In this document: piece after piece, positions 1 through 6,237 of the stretch
Position numbering within the stretch: position 1 is the stretch's first letter
How the letters are laid out: every line of letters starts with the position of its first letter
Assembly: GCA_040754495.1 (NCBI GenBank)
Contig: JBFMCO010000068.1
Span: 1-17,203, forward strand
Direction: 5' to 3'
DNA: 17,203 nucleotides
Origin: Candidatus Micrarchaeota archaeon
GTDB taxonomy: Archaea > Micrarchaeota > Micrarchaeia > Anstonellales > Bilamarchaeaceae
Program-made: the position numbers and the translations under genes
The notes under the pieces: generated by a model
The model's input: only the letters and a program-made list of their open reading frames with translations
What the model was told of the DNA's origin: nothing
Databases searched by the model: none

Positions 1-282
1 AAGACGTCCGAAGGCAAAGCCATACTGGAGGACCTCCCCTGCTACTGCGGGTGCAAATACGAAGGTCATCTGCACGCCAGGCACTGCTTCTGGAGGGATG
101 ATGGCACCTTCGACAAGCACGGAACGACCTGCTCGGTGTGCCTGGACATAGCGAAAAAGGCCAAGGCGATGCACGATGAGGGGAAGGATATCTGCCAGAT
201 AAGGGGCGAGATAGACCAGTTCTATGCGCCTAATGCCCATCTTGCTACGCCTACGCCGATGCCGGAAGGCTGCGGGGGCTAA
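1..282 (+). CDS. PCYCGC-motif (lipo)protein, 5'-truncated by window edge
   Basis: Hand translation of frame 1: ...LEDLPCYCGCKYEGHLHARHCF...HGTTCSVCLDIA...FYAPNAHLATPTPMPEGCGG*, stop TAA at 280-282. The PCYCGC, HxxC and CxxC motifs match the PCYCGC family. Not in the ORF track. Confidence 0.9.
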   Translation, partial: KTSEGKAILEDLPCYCGCKYEGHLHARHCFWRDDGTFDKHGTTCSVCLDIAKKAKAMHDEGKDICQIRGEIDQFYAPNAHLATPTPMPEGCGG

Positions 283-294
283 GGGGGCATCTTG

Positions 295-999
295 ATGGCT
301 GTGGTCACGCTCGAGGTCCTGGTATCCGCAGCGCTTGTCGACAGCATAAACCCGTGCGTCTTCGGCGTCCTCATATTCCTTCTGGCTTATATGGTCAGGG
401 TTTTCAAGAACAAGGCGAGGATGCTGCTTGCGGCTTTCATATACATAAGCGCGGTATATGCGACATATTTCATGCTGGGAATGGGGATTTTCACATTAGC
501 ATATACGGCAGGACTGGCGAAACCGTTTTACTGGTTCGCGGCTTTTGTGGCGCTGCTTGCCGGCATTCTTGAGGTAAAGGACTTCTTCTGGTACGGAAAG
601 GGCATCTCATTGCAGATCATCCCGGGCGGCGCGGAAAGGATAAAGAAGTACACGGCGCTGATGGAGCGGCTCGAGGTGGAGCACCCTTCGCTGAGCCTGG
701 CGATCGCGGCGCTGCTCGGCGTTCTCGTGGTCTTCGTGGAACTGCCCTGCACAGGGGCGCCATACCTTGCGGTCCTGGGGATGCTGTCTGCAGGCGATTA
801 CAGCGAAGGCGTGCCGCTCCTCCTCCTGTATAACCTCGTGTTCATATTGCCGCTTTTCGTCATAACAGGCGTGGTGTATGTGGGACATACATCTGCGAGG
901 CTTGAGAAATGGAGGAAAGAGAACCGCGGCCTGATGAGACTGGGGATCGGTTTGTTCTTGTTATTGCTCGGCTTATATATGATATGGGCCGTTATCTGA
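295..999 (+). CDS. CcdA/DsbD-like transmembrane thiol-disulfide electron transporter (cytochrome c biogenesis family)
   Basis: Multi-TM hydrophobic protein with the two CcdA-type Pro-Cys motifs (DSINPCVF, ELPCTGAPY). ATG 295 is in frame with TTG 292 and follows a GGGGG SD-like run. Confidence 0.8.
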   Translation: MAVVTLEVLVSAALVDSINPCVFGVLIFLLAYMVRVFKNKARMLLAAFIYISAVYATYFMLGMGIFTLAYTAGLAKPFYWFAAFVALLAGILEVKDFFWYGKGISLQIIPGGAERIKKYTALMERLEVEHPSLSLAIAALLGVLVVFVELPCTGAPYLAVLGMLSAGDYSEGVPLLLLYNLVFILPLFVITGVVYVGHTSARLEKWRKENRGLMRLGIGLFLLLLGLYMIWAVI

Positions 1000-1008
1000 G
1001 GGGGATAC

Positions 1009-1287
1009 ATGCCGGTGATTGTTAAAAGACGCGGACACAACGAGGCGTTCGACGAAAAGAAGGTATACGGCTCCGTATATGCTGCCTGTGCCAGCGCGCA
1101 TTACGAAGAGACAAAATGCGAGGGGGTAGCAGAAGAGATAACGGAGAAAATAAAGAGATTCGTGAAAGGGAAAAAGGAGATAGAATCGACAGAGATACGC
1201 AGGAAGATAATTGAGGAGCTGAAAAAGACCGGCAACGAGCTTGCGTTCTTCTACGAGCAGCATCTACCGAATCTTAAAAAACTCTAG
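1009..1287 (+). CDS. Stand-alone ATP-cone domain protein
   Basis: 92 aa starting VIVKRRGHNEAFDEKKV, the ATP-cone VxKRxGxxExFDxxKI signature, and later STEIRRKIIEEL. SD GAGGGG upstream. Confidence 0.85.
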   Translation: MPVIVKRRGHNEAFDEKKVYGSVYAACASAHYEETKCEGVAEEITEKIKRFVKGKKEIESTEIRRKIIEELKKTGNELAFFYEQHLPNLKKL

Positions 1288-1302
1288 CTGAGAGGAGGCA
1301 CC

Positions 1303-1818
1303 ATGCCAAAAAAGCTCCGCATCGGATGGTTCACTTTCACCTGCTGCGAGGACAGCTCAATCATCCTGCTCGAGCTCATGAACAGGCACTACTTCAGGTG
1401 GGCGCAGCAGCTCGATTTCCGCTACTGCAAGATGCTGAAATCCAAGAACGTCCTGGACGAGCTGGACGTCGCATTCGTGGAAGGCGCCATATCGAACGAG
1501 AAGGAGAAAAAGAAAGTCCTCGAGATAAGGGCGAAATCCAGATACCTGGTCGCAATCGGCTCATGCGCCTGCACCGGCTACCCCTCGGCGCAAAGGAACG
1601 ACTTCCCGCCGCACCTCAAGGCGAAAATCGAGCCGTTCCTGAAGAAATGGGACCTTTATACCGACGTCCTCCGGCTGGACCAGGTGGTGAAGGTAGACGA
1701 GCGGGTGGACGGCTGCCCCATGTTCGAGCAGATATTCCTCAAGGTGCTGGACAAGTACATAAAGGAGTTCGGCATAGAGGAGCCCCCGGAGGATGCCCAT
1801 GCACAAGCAAAGCTTTGA
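1303..1818 (+). CDS. [NiFe]-hydrogenase small subunit, group 3-type, single Fe-S cluster domain (HoxY/HydD-like)
   Basis: Motifs FTCCEDS, FVEGAI, AIGSCACTG and GCP fit the NADH-Q oxidoreductase 20 kDa-like fold. AGGAGG SD at ~1292-1298. Confidence 0.9.
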   Translation: MPKKLRIGWFTFTCCEDSSIILLELMNRHYFRWAQQLDFRYCKMLKSKNVLDELDVAFVEGAISNEKEKKKVLEIRAKSRYLVAIGSCACTGYPSAQRNDFPPHLKAKIEPFLKKWDLYTDVLRLDQVVKVDERVDGCPMFEQIFLKVLDKYIKEFGIEEPPEDAHAQAKL

Positions 1819-3091
1819 CCTCACGATAAAGAACCTTAGCAAAATCGAGGGCCACACCGACCTGGATATAGCCGTCAGGGACGGGAAGGTCACGGGCTCG
1901 AGGCTGCAAATCAGCGAGAACAAGAGGTTCTTCACGACCGCCGCGGTCGGAAAGCCCGCCCTCGCCATCCACCAGATAGTGTCGAGGATATGCGGCACGT
2001 GCTCGATTGCCCACCTCATGTGCTGCGTCAACGCAGTCGAGAACGCGCTCGGCGTGGAGCCATCGGGGCAGACCGTGGCCCTGCGGGACCTGCTCCTCTA
2101 CGGGCTGAACATCCGTGACCACGCCATGCACCTCTATCTCTTCTGCCTCCCGGACATATACGGCAAGGATTCGGTGCTGGATTTTTCTGACCAAGGGCGC
2201 GAGCACGAGCTCGTCCACATGGCCTTCGACGTGAAAGGCGCGGGGAACGACCTCTGCGTCCTCACCGGCGGCAGGGCCGTCCACTCGCCTTTCCCTCAGG
2301 TCGGGGGCTTCATGAAAGTGCCGAAAAAAGAGGACGCGAAGGCGATGGCGAAAAAGCTCCGCGGAATCAGGGACGCCGCGGTGGAATTCGTGGACATCTT
2401 CCACGAGCGCGATTCCAGCTTCGAAAGCAGGACCACGTTCATAGCGCTGAGGAACGACCGCTTCAGCTACCTTGGCGGGGACCTCATGAGCTCGGACGGC
2501 CTCTGCATAAGCCACCGCAATTTCAGGGAGCACCTCCAGAAGCAGGTCGTCCCGTACTCGCAGGCGCCGGGTTTCGAATTCAAAGGCAAGCCATATACCG
2601 TGGGCGCGCTCGCGAGGCTCAACATAAACCGGGACACCCTCCACCGCGACACGAGGAAGGACCTCGGGAAGGCGCTTTCCGTGTTCCCTTCCAATGATAT
2701 CTTCCGCAACAACCTGGCCCAGGCCGTGGAAATCGTCCACTGCATAGACTCCTCCGTCGAGATGCTGGAAACCATGGAGTTCAAGGACGAGCCGAAGGCC
2801 GCCATCAAGCCGAAAAAATCCGAGGGCGTGGGAGTCCTTGAGGCCCCGCGGGGCACTTTGTATTACAACTTGAGCATAGACGATGCAGGGAAAATCGCGT
2901 CCGCGGACCTCGTGATACCGACCTCCCAGAACCAGATAAAGATGGACCAGGACATCGGCGCGCTCGTGCAGGAGAGGCTGGATGCCGGCATGGACCGCGA
3001 AGCCATGCCCCTCGAGATAGAGAAGCTCATCCGCGCATACGACCCGTGCATGAGCTGCGCTACGCACTTCCTGAAAGTAAGGTGGAGATGA
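1799..3091 (+). CDS. [NiFe]-hydrogenase large subunit, group 3 (3b-related)
   Basis: N-terminal KIEGH, L1 motif RICGTCSIAH (1985-), EAPRGTLYY, and L2 motif RAYDPCMSCATH (DPC from 3041), followed by a 7-aa tail FLKVRWR. ATG 1799 sits 6 nt after GGAGG; the ORF track starts at 1793. Confidence 0.95.
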   Translation: MHKQSFDLTIKNLSKIEGHTDLDIAVRDGKVTGSRLQISENKRFFTTAAVGKPALAIHQIVSRICGTCSIAHLMCCVNAVENALGVEPSGQTVALRDLLLYGLNIRDHAMHLYLFCLPDIYGKDSVLDFSDQGREHELVHMAFDVKGAGNDLCVLTGGRAVHSPFPQVGGFMKVPKKEDAKAMAKKLRGIRDAAVEFVDIFHERDSSFESRTTFIALRNDRFSYLGGDLMSSDGLCISHRNFREHLQKQVVPYSQAPGFEFKGKPYTVGALARLNINRDTLHRDTRKDLGKALSVFPSNDIFRNNLAQAVEIVHCIDSSVEMLETMEFKDEPKAAIKPKKSEGVGVLEAPRGTLYYNLSIDDAGKIASADLVIPTSQNQIKMDQDIGALVQERLDAGMDREAMPLEIEKLIRAYDPCMSCATHFLKVRWR

Positions 3092-3449
3092 TGGCCGAGG
3101 CCTCGGCAACGGCCCTGCGAAGCGGGTAGCCGTGCGGGACCGCGATGATGCGCACGGAGTCCAGCCTGCCGAGCTTCTTCATGAGCTTGAGCGTTATCGG
3201 GAGGTCGAAATCGTGCATCGAATACGCCTTCGACATCTCCAGCCGCTCGATGCCTTCGAGCACGGTCACGCCCCTGATTCCTTCGGCCGAATCCAGGATG
3301 AGCAGGTCGCGGCCCTCGGACTCGAGGTTCTCGGCCGCGTCGGCCTCCCTGAACTCGACTTCCGGGAACCTTTTGCGCAAGGCCGGAAGCATCCTCAGCG
3401 CTATCGAGTCCTTGCGGACAAGGGGGTTGCCGAAGACGAGGACCTTCAA
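3060..3449 (-). CDS. Hydrogenase maturation endopeptidase (HycI/HyaD-like)
   Basis: VLVFGNPLVRKDSIA (GNxLxxDDxxG-like), LLILDS and SMHDFDL motifs. TTG start 1 nt after the stop of the upstream flavoprotein gene. Adjacent to the large subunit gene. Confidence 0.85.
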   Translation of the reverse strand: MKVLVFGNPLVRKDSIALRMLPALRKRFPEVEFREADAAENLESEGRDLLILDSAEGIRGVTVLEGIERLEMSKAYSMHDFDLPITLKLMKKLGRLDSVRIIAVPHGYPLRRAVAEASAIISTLLSGSA

Positions 3450-3450
3450 C

Positions 3451-4164
3451 CTACCAGCCTTCCATCATCAGCTTCTTCGGGTCAACGCCTGCGGCCTCGA
3501 GGCATATCCTCATGTTCTTGACAAGCTCGGGCGCGCCGCAGATGTACCAGTCGTATTCCTTCGGGACGGCCGCGTATTTCGAAATCATTACGCCGTTTAT
3601 GCGCCCGCACTCGCCCACCCACTCCCCGGGCTCCTCGCGCGTGAGCGTCACCACGACCTTGATTCCGGGATGGCGCTTCTGGAGGGATTCCAGCTCCTCG
3701 CTGAAGATTATGCGGTCGCGCGTGCGGGTGCTGTAGAAAAGTATGAAGCTCCCCCTGACCTGCTTCTCCGCTATGTGCCTCAGCATGCTCATGAAAGGGG
3801 CGATTCCGGTGCCGCCGGCTATGAAGGCGGCCTTCTCCTGCCCCTTGTAAGTCATGTGGCCCATAGGTCCTTCGACTCCGACTACGTCCCCTGCTTTCAT
3901 CTTTTCCAGCCTTCCCGTGAGCTGGCCATGGACCATGTCGATTGCGAACTCCAGGAACGGGGCGGACGGGGCCGAGGATACCGAATACGGCTTCCGGGCC
4001 ACAGTGGCGCCCTTTTCGTCAAGTATGTGGATGAAGACGAACTGCCCGGGCTGGAAAGGCGGGACCTTGCCCTCGAGCGGCTCCAGCCGGTAGATATTGA
4101 GGTCGCTGAGAGGAGCCTCTATTGATGCAATCCTGTATCTCGATATGGCTGCCAATGGATTCAC
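3451..4164 (-). CDS. FNR-like FAD/NAD(P)-binding oxidoreductase without a C-terminal [2Fe-2S] motif
   Basis: FQPGQF, RKPYSVSS, EGPMG, FIAGGTGIAPF and YICGAP motifs; ends MEGW. Start is either GTG 4164 or TTG 4155, which lies downstream of GGAGGTGA. Confidence 0.9.
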   Translation of the reverse strand: MNPLAAISRYRIASIEAPLSDLNIYRLEPLEGKVPPFQPGQFVFIHILDEKGATVARKPYSVSSAPSAPFLEFAIDMVHGQLTGRLEKMKAGDVVGVEGPMGHMTYKGQEKAAFIAGGTGIAPFMSMLRHIAEKQVRGSFILFYSTRTRDRIIFSEELESLQKRHPGIKVVVTLTREEPGEWVGECGRINGVMISKYAAVPKEYDWYICGAPELVKNMRICLEAAGVDPKKLMMEGW

Positions 4165-4183
4165 CTCCCTGCAAATCTGCGTC

Positions 4184-4195
4184 TAAATATTTAAG
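4184..4195. promoter_or_regulatory. Palindromic TATA element of a divergent promoter
   Basis: Perfect palindrome TAAATATTTA at 4184-4193, lying ~20-30 bp from both GTG 4164 (- strand) and in-frame GTG 4217 (+ strand). Confidence 0.6.
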
Positions 4196-4216
4196 CCTTA
4201 CATGGCATGTCGGACC

Positions 4217-4864
4217 GTGGAATACCTGATTCCGGCGCTCGTGCTAGGGCTGAAGCACAGCTTCGATGCCGACCACCTGCTCGCGGTGTCGAACCTGCTC
4301 GTCAAATCCAAATCCCTCGGCGAGACGCTGAGGCTCTCGGCAAGCTGGACGCTCGGGCACATGGGAGGGGCGGCCATCGTCACGGTGCTGCTCTACATCT
4401 CAAAGGACTCGCTCCTCCCATTCCTCTTCGGACAGCTCGAAACCATCGTGGCGCTCATGCTCGTCGCCTTCGGCCTCTTCGGCCTCGCTCAGGCATTCAC
4501 CCTGCACGCCCACGAGCACGGCCACGGCAAGGGAGCGCATACGCATGCCCATTCCCATCTCCAGGGGCGCGAGAAGGACCACGCGCACGAGCACATCTTC
4601 GGCATAGGGATTATACAGGGGCTTGCGAGCAACGACGAGCTGCTGATGCTGCTCAGCGTCATGCTCGGCCTGGCAACGCTTGGCGACATGGTTGCCGGGG
4701 TTGCGTTCTTCTCCATAGGCGTCTTCATGGGCATGGTCGCCTTCGGAGCTGCGTTCACCATCCCGCTCCTTCGGAGCAGGAGGGCCGCCCTCGGCAGGGC
4801 TGTGAACGGCATCATAGGGATCCTGAGCGTCTGGTGGGGGCTGATGATGCTCGCGGGGAGCTGA
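4217..4864 (+). CDS. NiCoT/UreH-type nickel (cobalt) permease with His-rich loop
   Basis: LGLKHSFDADHLLAV resembles the NiCoT TM signature HAFDADH. His-rich loop HAHEHGHGKGAHTHAHSH...HAHEH, then GIIQGLAS. GTG 4217 fits the TATA spacing; the ORF track starts at ATG 4202. Confidence 0.85.
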   Translation: MEYLIPALVLGLKHSFDADHLLAVSNLLVKSKSLGETLRLSASWTLGHMGGAAIVTVLLYISKDSLLPFLFGQLETIVALMLVAFGLFGLAQAFTLHAHEHGHGKGAHTHAHSHLQGREKDHAHEHIFGIGIIQGLASNDELLMLLSVMLGLATLGDMVAGVAFFSIGVFMGMVAFGAAFTIPLLRSRRAALGRAVNGIIGILSVWWGLMMLAGS

Positions 4865-4905
4865 CTCCGACGGCAGTAGCAAACCGCAAGATTAAAATAT
4901 GAGGT

Positions 4906-5325
4906 GTGAGCAAGAATTCACCCAGTGGTAAAATGAAGAGGAACTACGGTAATTACTGCGCCTTGTTTTTCTCGGCGCTCGCAAACCCGGTCAGGATAAA
5001 GATACTCCAGGAGCTTGCGCTTTCGCCCATGACTGTCAATGAGATAGTCCAGAAGGTCGGGGCCGAGAGGACGCTGGTCTCCCACAACCTGGCCCTGCTC
5101 ACGCAGGCCCAGCTCGTGAACCATGTCAAGGCTGGAAAGACAAGGGTGTACTCCGCGAACCAGTACGTGGTCCCCTACGTGTTCTTCGTAATAGACCGCA
5201 TTGTCTGCAGCCGCTGCTCGTTGAGGAGCACCTGCAAGACGCTCAAAGAGCGCGGCGCGCTCCGCGACCTTCCGCTGCAGCCGGCCGGCGGGGCCATGAA
5301 GAGGCCCTGCGCCTGCTCGGAGTGA
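4906..5325 (+). CDS. ArsR/SmtB-family transcriptional regulator with Cys-rich C-terminal tail
   Basis: FSALANPVRIKIL...MTVNEIV...VSHNLALL...GKTRVYS winged HTH. Alternative start ATG 4933. Confidence 0.9.
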   Translation: MSKNSPSGKMKRNYGNYCALFFSALANPVRIKILQELALSPMTVNEIVQKVGAERTLVSHNLALLTQAQLVNHVKAGKTRVYSANQYVVPYVFFVIDRIVCSRCSLRSTCKTLKERGALRDLPLQPAGGAMKRPCACSE

Positions 5326-5331
5326 AGCCGG

Positions 5332-6237
5332 ATGGTCCTTTGCATAATCGCATTCGTAGTATTCTCAGTGATGTCCATTTTTTCGGCCAGATACCGCCCA
5401 CTTGCCAAAAAGGGGTTCGAGTGCGTGTTCAGGACCGTCACGCTGCGCCCCTGCGACACCGGCCTCGACGAGCAGCTCAAGGCGGACCTCGTCTCCGGGC
5501 TCCTGAAAGTCTCTCCCGGCGCAGCCAGGCTGCTTAACCGGCATTTCACCCTGTTTTCATGGCTCTTCGTCCTGCTGACGCTCGGCAGCCTCGCATACGC
5601 GGTATTCGGCGTATACAACTTCTATGTCTACGGGAACTGCGACGGGCCGGGCGCTAGCGGGGCGTGCATCCTGAACGACCTGACCGGTGATTACGGGCGG
5701 TTCAGCGAGCCCAAGGACCTGGTGCCTCCGACGTCGCTTGACGGTATAAGCGCAGGAACCCCGAATGCCAGCGTCACCATCGTGGAGTTCGGGTGCTTCA
5801 CGTGCCCTTATACCGGCAAGGCCGAGCCAGTGGTCCAGCAGATACTTGAGGAATATGACGGCACGGTCTATTACGTCTTCAAGCCTTTCCCGCTCCCGAA
5901 CCACAACTACAGCTTCGATGCCGCGAGGGCGGTCCTGTGCGCGAGCAGGCAGGGGAGGGAGTGGGAGCTGAAAAAGGAGATATTCGACCAGCAGGAGGTC
6001 TGCTCAGAGGACGGCCACATTGCCATAAAGCAGCTTGCGAATGACTCCGGGCTCGACATGGTGGAATTCAACGGCTGCTACGACAACAACGAGACGGGCG
6101 CGGAGCTTGCGGGCTTCGTCCAGCAGGGCAAGGACGCGCATATATACGCGACGCCGACATTCTTCGTGAACGGCAAGCCGCTCGTGGGGCCGAGGCCGAT
6201 AGAGGAATTCAGGAAACTCATTGAGGAGGCGAGATGA
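5332..6237 (+). CDS. Membrane protein fused to a DsbA/BdbD-like thioredoxin-fold domain
   Basis: Two N-terminal hydrophobic segments, then VTIVEFGCFTCPYT, YVFKPFPL, AARAVLCA and the cis-Pro loop ATPTFFVNG. Confidence 0.85.
   Translation: MVLCIIAFVVFSVMSIFSARYRPLAKKGFECVFRTVTLRPCDTGLDEQLKADLVSGLLKVSPGAARLLNRHFTLFSWLFVLLTLGSLAYAVFGVYNFYVYGNCDGPGASGACILNDLTGDYGRFSEPKDLVPPTSLDGISAGTPNASVTIVEFGCFTCPYTGKAEPVVQQILEEYDGTVYYVFKPFPLPNHNYSFDAARAVLCASRQGREWELKKEIFDQQEVCSEDGHIAIKQLANDSGLDMVEFNGCYDNNETGAELAGFVQQGKDAHIYATPTFFVNGKPLVGPRPIEEFRKLIEEAR

Noticed and set aside
1739-3109. 456-aa minus-strand ORF, and similar shadow ORFs throughout the GC-rich part (e.g. 1326-1829, 4207-4902, 6078-6776, 8128-8706)
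   Set aside because: They are antisense or off-frame to genes with clear family motifs, show no motifs of their own, and are expected in GC-rich DNA with strong codon bias.
4886-4898. 13-mer GCAAGATTAAAAT also present at 10687-10699
   Set aside because: Both are AT-rich TATA-region sequences in opposite orientation relative to their genes. Two copies are insufficient to call a shared operator.
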